From positions 41,354,001 to 41,418,000 of the forward strand of contig NC_091283.1 of assembly GCF_032444005.1 (NCBI RefSeq): a stretch of DNA of 64,000 nt, in the 5' to 3' direction. The notes below the pieces were generated by a model. It was not told where the DNA came from, ran no database searches, and was given only the letters and a program-made list of their open reading frames with translations. Position numbers and translations under genes: made by a program. Below, piece by piece: positions 26,685 through 37,066 of this stretch. Origin of the DNA: Ranitomeya imitator (taxonomy: Eukaryota). The stretch's first letter is position 1. Every line of letters starts with the position of its first letter.

Positions 26685-27425
26685 TAGTATAAAGAGTTGT
26701 GTCTCTAGATCCTAGTACATCTTTATGAACCTGTACTTTAGGGGTAAAATAAAAGTTACGTTTTCTGATACTGAAGAACAATTACAATAATCACATTTTC
26801 AAGAGGTTTTCAAGGGTTTAGACAATTTTTTTTCCGTCACATTATGTGCACTCTCATGATTCCCAGGGCAGTGGATAGTTATGTGATCATGAACAAAAGT
26901 ATGCGATTTACATACCTGCAATCGCTTGCCAACTAGATTCTTCTCCTCTTTTCTCCATGTTTTGTTGAGAGAAGAGGTTGAGAATTGAACAGACTCAGAG
27001 TAAGGTAAAAACACAAAAAGTATGTGCACAGGAGCATAGGTAATAATGGGTACGTGTGGTATCTGTGAAAAAAAACGAAAGCCACATGTACCTGAAACAT
27101 GGACTTATGAAGGTGACCTAAACGTAGCAACCCGTACAGTGCAGTGAATGGATTATTTATGGTGATTGGTAAATGATGTAAAAAATGGCACAACTGTTTT
27201 TTTTGTTTGTTGCATCCATAAAAATCCATAAAAAATCCATACAAATCTATAAAAATCAAAATGGAACACAATAGCTGGCGATGGTACGGTATACAGAGAT
27301 GGTTACCGTGAGCACCTGCTGGCCACTGAACATGTCCTACTTCTGGTCCACTGAACAGCTCCAGTGATCGGTCATTCAGCAAGATGATGATTGACCACAC
27401 CACATTTGCTTACTTTAGGTGGACT

Positions 27426-27711
27426 CATAGTAACATAGTAACATAGTTAGTAAGGCCGAAAAAAGACATTTGTCCATCCAGTTCAGCCTATATTCCATCA
27501 TAATAAATCCCCAGATCTACGTCCCTCTACAGAACCTAATAATTGTATGATACAATATTGTTCTGCTCCAGGAAGACATCCAGGCCTCTCTTGAACCCCT
27601 CGACTGAGTTCGCCATCACCACCTCCTCAGGCAAGCAATTCCAGATTCTCACTGCCCTAACAGTGAAGAATCCTCTTCTATGTTGGTGGAAAAACCTTCT
27701 CTCCTCCAGAC
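27426..27711 (-). mobile_element. CR1 3' fragment, young subfamily
   Basis: (CATAGTAA)n tail; nearly identical to the reverse complement of 48027-48227. Confidence 0.9.
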
Positions 27712-28831
27712 CACAGTATATTAAAAGAAGTCTGTAGGCACAAAAAACTTTTCAAAACAAGGATAGGCGCTCGGTGCACTCCTGGTGTGGCCGTGCAATT
27801 TGGCGTACCTTGGCAATGACCTTTTTTCCATCCATGTCTATCGTTCCAGGGTTCTTGTAAAGCCAGAGCTGTCAACTTAAGACATCCCCATAGAAACTAG
27901 ATGTTCAACAGCTTCTGCCAAACAATGTGAATGGCCAACGTTTGCAAGACTCGCTCTACTTTGGCCATCGTGAGAGGTCTTAAGTTAGCGTAGAACCTCC
28001 TTGATGTCTACTTGCCCAAAGGACATGTAGAAGGTTTGGAGAATGCCTATGCATTGGTTGTGGATCCCTAGAGATTGCAACGGACCACATTTCACTCATT
28101 TAAATCTACCACAATGCTCGTAAAAAATAAACTTTGGGTGTAATTAATGATGACGTTATCTCTACCCAATATACTGCCAATATGCGCCATTTTCTTTCAT
28201 GTACATAATGGTATTCGGAATTAGATATTCCATTCAGACGTGGCGGTGATGGTAAATAAGCGGTGAAACCGTGCTGAATTTCTGCAACAAGCAGCCATAT
28301 CTTCCTGCCTATTAGTCAGCACCTGTAGGGTCAAACACACTCATTACAGCTCAGCCAGAGCTGCGGCAGGACAGGAGGAAAACCTGCAGGTTAGAACGGA
28401 AAGCCGAGAAATAATCATAATAATTGGACTGATAACCTTTCTGTATCAGGCAGCCCAGATGCAGCCAAGTATCTACATAAAAAAATAATGCATTTCTGTT
28501 TGTATTATCATCAGTGCAGATGGCATGCTTTCATTTACCGTACCTATTAAATTCTGCATTGCCATTTCTGATCACTCGCAACCTTGTCTAAGCTATTAAA
28601 ATTAGTAAATTACCATAGGAAGCAATAAACCCCAAAGGGGTTTTCTCAAGCTGTGGGATCTGATTCTCCACATATGCACCAAACAGTTGATTGACGGTGC
28701 TGCAGCACATCGGAGTGACACGGCTCTGGACATTGTGTAGTGGGTATGAGTATAAATTAGCTTGTAGTACCACTCATTGCCACTGCACAACATACGGAGC
28801 TGTGCCAATTCCAGTGCCCTGCAACACTATC

Positions 28832-29109
28832 AATAATAATAATAATAATAATTTTTATTTATATAGCGCCAACATATTCCGCAGCGCTTTACAAATTATA
28901 GAGGGGACTTGTACATACAATAGACATTACAGCATAACAGAAATACAGTTCAAAACAGATACCAAGAGGAGTGAGGGCCCTGCTCGTAAGCTTACAAACT
29001 ATGAGGAAAAGGGGAGACACGAGAGGTGGATGGTAACAATTGCTATAGTTATTCGGACCAGCCATAGTGTAAGGCTTGGGTGTTCATGTAAAGCTGCATG
29101 AACCAGTTA

Positions 29110-29147
<38 letters not shown>

Positions 29148-30066
29148 GGCCACTCAGGGATCGTTAGGTTAATGCATTGAGGCGGTAGGCCAGTCTGAAC
29201 AAATGCGTTTTTAGGGCACGCTTAAAACTGTGGGGATTGGGGATTAATCGTATTATCCTAGGTAGTGCATTCCAAAGAATCGGCGCAGCACGTGTAAAGT
29301 CTTGGAGACGGGAGTGGGAGGTTCTGATTATTGAGGATGCTAACCTGAGGTCATCAGCGGAGCGGAGGGCACGGGTAGGGTGGTAGACTGAGACCAGAGA
29401 GGAGATGTAGGGTGGTGCTGAGCCATGGAGTGCTTTGTGGATGAGGGTAGTAGTTTTGTACTGGATTCTTGAGTGGATGGGTAACCAGTGTAATGACTGG
29501 CACAAGGTAGAGGCATCGGTGTAACGGTTGGTGAGGAATATGATCCTGGCAGCAGCATTCAGGACAGATTGGAGCGGGGAGAGTTTGGTAAGAGGGAGGC
29601 CGATTAGTAGAGAGTTACAATAGTCCAGACGAGAATGAATAAGTGAAACAGTAAGAGTTTTTGCAGAGTCGAAAGTAAGAAAAGGGCGAATTCTAGAAAT
29701 GTTTTTGAGATGCAGGTAAGAAGAGCGAGCCAGTGATCGGATGTAGGGGGTGAATGAAAGGTCAGAATCAAGGATGACCCCAAGGCAGCGGGCATGTTGC
29801 TTTGGAGTAATGGTGGAACCGCAAACGGAGATGGCAATGTCAGGCAAAGGTAGGTTAGTAGAGGGAGAAAACACGAGGAGTTCAGTTTTTGACAGGTTTA
29901 GTTTCCGATAGAGGGAGGACATGATGCTAGAGACAGCGGTAAGACAATCACTGGTGTTTTCTAATAAGGCAGGCGTGAGATCAGGAGAAGAAGTGTATAG
30001 TTGGGTGTCGTCAGCATAGAGATGGTACTGGAAGCCAAATCTACTGATTGTTTGTCCAATAGGGGC
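28832..30066 (-). mobile_element. 5'-truncated L2 LINE; open RT C-terminal frame (29164 to ~30060)
   Basis: [27 protein letters not shown]; L2-type 3' end with (AAT)n and TTTATATAGCGCC. Confidence 0.95.
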
Positions 30067-30286
30067 AGCCGATCGGACAAGATAGTTCTCAGAAAACACT
30101 ATTTTATTCTGTGGCTTATCTTCTTCCACTACTCCGATGTTCTATTTTCAATATTTGCCTGTTTGAATGGGGTAGGGAGACTTAATGTTAGGTGTCGAGT
30201 TCCCACCGCTGCACAGGGGGAATCTCAAACCATGTCTGCTGCGGTCTCCCATTCTCATCCAGCCACAGTGGAGCCTGCTCAGCAGG

Positions 30287-31880
30287 GACATCGGGGGCAG
30301 GGATTTGCTAGCAATGAAGTTGGCTTTCTCAGAATGGAGACATCTTTCGGAGGGGGCTTTCGGAGTCAAGTATTCACAGACTACAAAAATTTGGTCTACT
30401 TGCAAACAGCCCAGCGGCTAAATTTTCGCCAGGCCAGATGGTCCCTGTTCTTCTCCCGGTTCCATTTCACTCTCCACTTTCTATCTGGGGAGAAGAACAT
30501 TCGTGCCGATGCTCTCTCTCGCTTCATTGTATCATCTGAGGAGGAGGAAGAGGAGCCTCGGCTTATTGTCCCTTCTGAGAGCCTGAGAACCATGGCTCCA
30601 GTTTCGCTAGAGTCTGTGCCCCAGGCAAGACTTATGTTCCTTCAAATTTGCATCCGGAGGTTCTCTCTTGTGCTCACTCGTCCAGGGTGGGTGGACATTT
30701 TGGGACCAAAAGGACGTCTGAGCTTCTGGCGATGACGTACTGGTGTCCGCATATGGCCCGTGACGTTGGAGATTATGTTCGGGCGTGTGTTTCCTGCACC
30801 AAAAACAAGTCTCCTCAACAAAGGCCCTGGAAGATGGTCAGGATGGATTTTGTGGTGGGCTTCCCAAGTCTCGTAGCTGCACCATTATCTGGGCTATCAC
30901 CGACAATTTTTCCAAAATGGTACACTTGGTGCCTCTTTCACGGCTACCTTGTGCATGGGCTATGGCAGCGTTGTTTATCAAACATATCTTTCGCCTACAC
31001 GGTATGCTGGACAAAATTGTCAGTGACCGGGGTCCCCAGTTTGCGTCTCGGTTCTGGAGAGAGCTTTGTCGTCTGTTCAGCATTGAGTCGAATCTCTCTT
31101 CAGCATATCATCCCGAGACGAATGGGTTGGTAGAGAGGGCCAACCAGACCCTGGTCACACATCTGCGACATTTTGTTTCTGCCAGGCAGGATGACTGGGC
31201 ATCCTTGCTACCGTGGGCGGAATTTGCCCTTAACAACGCTGTAGCCGATTCCACTGGTCAGGCTCCATTCTACCTTAATTATGGCCAGCAGCTGCGGGTT
31301 CCTGTGCCTATGCCCATGTCTTCTGCCGACTCTAGGGTGGCAGACTGGGCTATGGAGGCACGGGACATTTGGGACCGCACTCAGGATGCCATCCAGGATT
31401 CCAAGGAGAGAATGAGGTCCTTCACCGATGCACATCGGTGCCCCGCTCCGATCTTTGCTCCTGTTGACTTAGTGTGGCTCTCCGCCCATAACATCAGGCT
31501 GCGAGTTGAGTCCACTAAGTTTGCACCTCGCTACTTGGGTCCCTTCAAGGTCCTAGAACAGGTTAACCCTGTGGTCTACCATCTGGATCTGCCTCCACGC
31601 CTAGGTATCACTGACACCTTTCACATGTCCCTTTTAAAGCACGTACACATGTCCCGGTTTTCCGAGACATCTGCCGGGACATCGGGTTCGTCTACGGACG
31701 ATTAAGAGGTGAACGCTATTTAGGGGTGCAAGTTGGTACGTGGCAAAACATTTTATTTGGTGGACTGGAGGGGTTATGGCCCAGAGGACAGGTCCTGGGA
31801 GCCTGCTGAGCACATTCGAGCTCCGCAGCTCATTGCTGCCTACGAGCGTAGTGAGGTCCAAGGAGGGGGGCCAATGTTAG
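30287..31880 (+). pseudogene. Degenerate pol (RNase H end, integrase, chromodomain)
   Basis: [81 protein letters not shown]; several frameshifts. Confidence 0.93.
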
Positions 31881-32916
31881 ATGTCGAGTTTCCGCTGCTG
31901 CACAGGGGGAATCTCGAACCATGTCTGCTGTGGTCTCCCATTCTCCTCCAGCCGCAGTGGAGCCTGCTCAGCAGAGACATCGGCCCCAGCGTCTGGCTCA
32001 GGCTGATACTGGAGGACTGGTGACTACTGCCCTTCCAGGCTATGTCATTGTAGCCAGCAATGTTCAGCAGCGAGCAGGTCTTTCTCGGACTAGGTTGTTA
32101 TGAACTGGTGATTTAGAACCACAATGGACCTGGTGGTTAAGAGCACTGAAAATGACCTGATAGTTACTAATAACATAGGACGAGCTCTGAGACGTGGGAA
32201 CTCTGCTGACCACAATCCCTAATCCTATCACACCACACTAGAGGTAGCCGTGGAGCGCTCCTGACCAGACCTAGGCACCTCGGGCACAGCCTGAGAAACT
32301 AGCTAGCCCTGAAGATAGAAAAATAAGCCTACCTTGCCTCAGAGAAATTCCCCAAAGGAAAAGGCAGCCCCCCACATATAATGACTGTGAGTAAAGATGA
32401 AAATACAAACACAGAGATGAAATAGATTTTAGCAAAGTGAGGCCCGACTTACTGAATAGACTGAGGATAGGAAAGATAGTTTTGCAGTCAGCACAAAAAC
32501 CTACAAACAACCACGCAGAGGGCGCAAAAAGACCCTCCGCACCGACTAACGGTACGGAGGTGCTCCCTCTGCGTCCCAGAGCTTCCAGCAAGCAAAACAA
32601 ACCAATATAGCAAGCTGGACAGAAAAAATAGCAAACAAAAGTAACACAAGCAGAACTTAGCTTATGCAGGGCAGACAGGCCACAAGAACGATCCAGGAGA
32701 GAGCAAGACCAATACTGGAACATTGACTGGAGGCCAGGAACAAAGAACTAGGTGGAGTTAAATAGAACAGCACCTAACGACTTAACCTCTTCACCTGAAG
32801 AAGGAAACTCAGAAGCCGCAGCCCCACTCACATCCACCAAAGGAAGCTCATGGACAGAACCAGCCGAAGTTCCACTCATGACCACAGGAGGGAGCCTGAC
32901 CACAGAATTCACAACA

Positions 32917-33320
32917 GTACCCCCCCCTTGAGGAGGGGTCACCGAACCCTCACCAGAGCCCCCAGGCCGACCAGGATGAGCCAAATGAAAGGCACGAACC
33001 AGATCGGCAGCATGAACATCAGAGGCAAGGACCCAGGAATTATCTTCCTGACCATAACCCTTCCACTTAACCAGGTACTGGAGTTTCCGTCTCGAAATAC
33101 GAGAATCCAAAATCTTCTCCACTATATACTCCAACTCCCCCTCAACCAAAACCGGGGCAGGAAGATCAACGGATGGAACCACAGGTGCCACGTATCTCCG
33201 CAACAATGACCTATGGAATACATTATGGATGGAAAAAGAAGCTGGGAGGGTCAAACGAAAAGACACAGGATTAAGAACCTCAGAAATCCTATACGGACCA
33301 ATGAAATGAGGCTTAAACTA
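32917..33320 (-). pseudogene. Out-of-frame integrase tail (GPY motif) and chromodomain
   Basis: HNVFHRSLL, YIVEKILDSR, QYLVKWKGYGQEDNSW in ORF 32748-33266. Confidence 0.9.
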
Positions 33321-36300
33321 TAACGAGACGACAACCAAACCAAATCCCCAACACGAAGTCGGGGACCCACACAGCGCCTGCGGTTAGCGAAACGTTGAGC
33401 CTTCTCCTGGGACAATGTCAAATTGTCCACTACATGAGTCCAAATCTGCTGCAACCTATCCACCACAGTATCCACACCAGGACAGTCCGAAGACTCAACC
33501 TGCCCTGAAGAGAAACGAGGATGGAAACCAGAATTGCAGAAAAACGGCGAAACCAAAGTAGCCGAGCTGGCCCGATTATTAAGGGCGAACTCAGCCAAAG
33601 GCAAAAAGGACACCCAATCATCCTGATCAGCAGAAACAAAACATCTCAGATATGTTTCCAAGGTCTGATTGGTTCGTTCAGTTTGGCCATTTGTCTGAGG
33701 ATGGAAAGCCGAGGAAAAAGACAAATCAATGCCCATCCTAGCACAAAAGGCTCGCCAAAACCTCAAAACAAACTGGGAACCTCTGTCAGAAACGATGTTC
33801 TCCGGAATGCCATGTAAACGAACCAAATGCTGGAAAAACAATGGCACCAAATCAGAGGAGGAAGGCAATTTAGACAAGGGTACCAAATGGACCATCTTAG
33901 AGAAGCGATCACAAACTACCCAGATGACCGACATCTTTTGAGAGACGGGGAGATCCGAAATAAAATCCATAGAGATATGTGTCCAAGGCCTCTTCGGGAC
34001 CAGCAAGGGCAAAAGCAACCCACTGGCACGAGAACAGCAGGGCTTAGCCCGAGCACAAATCCCACAGGACTGCACAAACGAACGCACATCCCGCGACAGA
34101 GATGACCACCAAAAGGATCTAGCCACCAAATCTCTGGTACCAAAGATTCCAGGATGACCAGCCAACACCGAACAATGAACCTCAGAGATAACTCTACTCG
34201 TCCATTTATCCGGGACAAACAGTTTCTCCGCTGGGCAACGGTCAGGTCTATCAGCCTGAAACTTTTGCAGCACCCGCCGCAAATCAGGGGAGATGGCAGA
34301 CAAAATTACCCCCTCTTTGAGAATACCCACCGGCTCAGGCAAACCCGGAGAGTCGGGCACAAAACTCCTAGACAGGGCATCCGCCTTCACATTCTTAGAG
34401 CCCGGAAGGTACGAAACCACAAAGTGAAAACGGGAGAAAAACAGCGACCAACGAGACTGTCTAGGATTCAACCGTTTGGCAGACTCGAGATAAGTCAAGT
34501 TCTTGTGATCAGTCAAGACCACCACGCGATGCTTAGCTCCTTCAAGCCAATGACGCCACTCCTCGAATGCCCACTTCATGGCCAGCAACTCTCGATTGCC
34601 AACATCATAATTACGCTCAGCAGGCGAAAACTTCCTGGAAAAGAAGGCACATGGTTTCATCACCGAGCCATCAGAACTTCTTTGCGACAAAACAGCCCCT
34701 GCTCCAATCTCAGAAGCATCAACCTCGACCTGGAACGGGAGCGAAACATCTGGCTGGCACAACACAGGGGCAGAAGAAAAACGACGCTTCAACTCCTGAA
34801 AAGCTTCCACAGCAGCAGAAGACCAATTGACCACATCAGCACCCTTCTTGGTTAAATCAGTCAACGGTTTAGCAATACTAGAAAAATTATTGATGAAGCG
34901 ACGATAAAAATTAGCAAAGCCCAGGAACTTTTGCAGACTCTTCAGAGATGTCGGCTGAGTCCAATCATAAATGGCCTGAACTTTAACAGGGTCCATCTCG
35001 ATAGTAGAAGGGGAAAAAATGAAACCCAAAAATGAAACCTTCTGAACACCAAAGAGACACTTTGACCCCTTCACAAACAAAGAATTCGCACGCAGGACCT
35101 GGTACACCATTCTAACCTGCTTCACATGAGATTCCCAATCATCCGAGAAGACCAAAATATCATCCAAGTATACAATCAGGAATTTATCCAGGTACTCTCG
35201 GAAGATGTCATGCATAAAGGACTGAAATACTGATGGAGCATTGGAAAGCCCGAATGGCATAACCAGATACTCAAAATGGCCCTCGGGTGTATTAAATGCT
35301 GTTTTCCATTCATCGCCCTGTTTAATACGCACAAGATTATACGCACCACGAAGATCTATCTTGGTGAACCAACTAGCCCCCTTAATCCGAGCAAACAAAT
35401 CAGACAGCAGCGGCAAGGGGTACTGAAATTTGACTGTGATTTTATTTAGAAGGCGGTAATCAATACAAGGTCTCAACAAACCATCCTTCTTGGCCACAAA
35501 AAAGAACCCTGCTCCCAATGGCGACGACGACGGGCGAATATGACCCTTCTCCAAGGATTCCTTTACGTAACTCCGCATAGCGGCGTGCTCAGGCACAGAC
35601 AAATTAAACAGTCGACCTTTAGGAAATTTACTACCAGGAATCAAATCGATAGCACAATCGCAATCCCTATGCGGAGGTAGGGCACTGGACTTGGGTTCAT
35701 CAAATACATCCCGGTAATCTGACAAGAACTCTGGGACCTCAGAAGGGGTGGATGATGAAATAGACAGGAATGGAACATCATCATGTACCCCCTGACAACC
35801 CCAGCTGGACACAGACATAGATTTCCAATCCAATACTGGGTTATGGACTTGTAGCCATGGCAACCCCAACACGACCACATCATGCAGATTATGCAACACC
35901 AAAAAGCGAATATCCTCCTGATGCGCAGGAGCCATGCACATGGTCAGTTGGGTCCAGTACTGAGGCTTATTCTTGGCCAAAGGCGTAGCATCAATTCCTC
36001 TCAATGGAATAGGATACTGCAAAGGCTCCAAGAAAAACCCACAGCGCCTAGCATACTCCAAGTCCATCAAATTCAGGGCAGCGCCTGAATCCACAAATGC
36101 CATGACAGAATAGGATGACAAAGAGCAGATCAAAGTAACGGACAAAAGAAATTTCGACTGTACCGTACCAATGGTGGCAGACCTAGCGAACCGCTTAGTG
36201 CGCCTAGGACAATCGGAGATAGCATGAGTGGAATCACCACAGTAAAAACACAGCCCATTCCGACGTCTGTGTTCTTGCCGTTCAGCTCTGGTCAAAGTCC

Positions 36301-37066
36301 TATCACATTGCATAGGCTCAGGTTTATGCTCAGATAATACCGCCAAATGGTGCACAGTTTTACGCTCACGTAAGCGTCGACCGATCTGAATGGCCAAAGA
36401 CATAGACTCATTCAGACCAGCAGGCATAGAAAATCCCACCATGACATCCTTAAGGGCTTCAGAGAGACCCTTTCTGAAAATTGCTGCCAGCGCACATTCA
36501 TTCCATTGAGTGAGCACAGACCACTTCCTAAACTTCTGACAATATATCTCTACCTCATCCTGACCCTGACACAGAGCCAGCAAATTTTTCTCTGCCTGAT
36601 CCACTGAATTAGGTTCATCATCCAGCAATCCGAGCGCCAGAAAAAACGCATCAATATCACATAATGCAGGATCTCCTGGCGCAAGGGAAAATGCCCAGTC
36701 TTGAGGGTCGCCACGTAATAAAGAAATAATGATCTTAACTTGTTGAACTGGGTAACCAGAGGAGCGGGGTTTCAAAGCCAGAAATAGTTTACAATTATTT
36801 TTAAAACTCAGAAACTTAGCTCTATCTCCAGAAAACAAATCAGGAATAGGAATTCTAGGTTCTAACATAGAATTCTGAACCACAAAGTCTTGAATATTTT
36901 GTACTCTTGCAGTGAGATGATCCACACAAGAAGACAGGCCTTTAATGTCCATCACTACACCTGTGTCCTGAACCACCCAAATGTCTAGGGGAAAAGAAAG
37001 ACAAAACACAGTGCAGAGAAAAAAAAATGGTCTCAGAACTTCTCTTTTCCCTCTATTGAGAAGCAT
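33251..37066 (-). CDS. Gag-Pol polyprotein (1271 aa), frameshifted near the integrase C-terminus
   Basis: CFYCGDSTHAISDC knuckle, DSGA protease, YLDD RT, DASEIG RNase H, HHCC and SDRGSQF/QTNGQTER integrase. Confidence 0.93.
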   Translation of the reverse strand: MLLNRGKREVLRPFFFLCTVFCLSFPLDIWVVQDTGVVMDIKGLSSCVDHLTARVQNIQDFVVQNSMLEPRIPIPDLFSGDRAKFLSFKNNCKLFLALKPRSSGYPVQQVKIIISLLRGDPQDWAFSLAPGDPALCDIDAFFLALGLLDDEPNSVDQAEKNLLALCQGQDEVEIYCQKFRKWSVLTQWNECALAAIFRKGLSEALKDVMVGFSMPAGLNESMSLAIQIGRRLRERKTVHHLAVLSEHKPEPMQCDRTLTRAERQEHRRRNGLCFYCGDSTHAISDCPRRTKRFARSATIGTVQSKFLLSVTLICSLSSYSVMAFVDSGAALNLMDLEYARRCGFFLEPLQYPIPLRGIDATPLAKNKPQYWTQLTMCMAPAHQEDIRFLVLHNLHDVVVLGLPWLQVHNPVLDWKSMSVSSWGCQGVHDDVPFLSISSSTPSEVPEFLSDYRDVFDEPKSSALPPHRDCDCAIDLIPGSKFPKGRLFNLSVPEHAAMRSYVKESLEKGHIRPSSSPLGAGFFFVAKKDGLLRPCIDYRLLNKITVKFQYPLPLLSDLFARIKGASWFTKIDLRGAYNLVRIKQGDEWKTAFNTPEGHFEYLVMPFGLSNAPSVFQSFMHDIFREYLDKFLIVYLDDILVFSDDWESHVKQVRMVYQVLRANSLFVKGSKCLFGVQKVSFLGFIFSPSTIEMDPVKVQAIYDWTQPTSLKSLQKFLGFANFYRRFINNFSSIAKPLTDLTKKGADVVNWSSAAVEAFQELKRRFSSAPVLCQPDVSLPFQVEVDASEIGAGAVLSQRSSDGSVMKPCAFFSRKFSPAERNYDVGNRELLAMKWAFEEWRHWLEGAKHRVVVLTDHKNLTYLESAKRLNPRQSRWSLFFSRFHFVVSYLPGSKNVKADALSRSFVPDSPGLPEPVGILKEGVILSAISPDLRRVLQKFQADRPDRCPAEKLFVPDKWTSRVISEVHCSVLAGHPGIFGTRDLVARSFWWSSLSRDVRSFVQSCGICARAKPCCSRASGLLLPLLVPKRPWTHISMDFISDLPVSQKMSVIWVVCDRFSKMVHLVPLSKLPSSSDLVPLFFQHLVRLHGIPENIVSDRGSQFVLRFWRAFCARMGIDLSFSSAFHPQTNGQTERTNQTLETYLRCFVSADQDDWVSFLPLAEFALNNRASSATLVSPFFCNSGFHPRFSSGQVESSDCPGVDTVVDRLQQIWTHVVDNLTLSQEKAQRFANRRRCVGPRLRVGDLVWLSSRYSLSLISLVRIGFLRFLILCLFV

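Noticed and set aside
27720-28100. Possible Penelope GIY-YIG remnant
   Set aside because: Motif match too weak and interrupted to support
32271-32723. 150-aa ORF duplicated at 37264-37716
   Set aside because: Duplicated only because it lies in the LTRs; no recognisable domain
33521-36088. Several + strand ORFs (up to 233 aa) opposite gag-pol
   Set aside because: Antisense shadows of the retroelement coding frame
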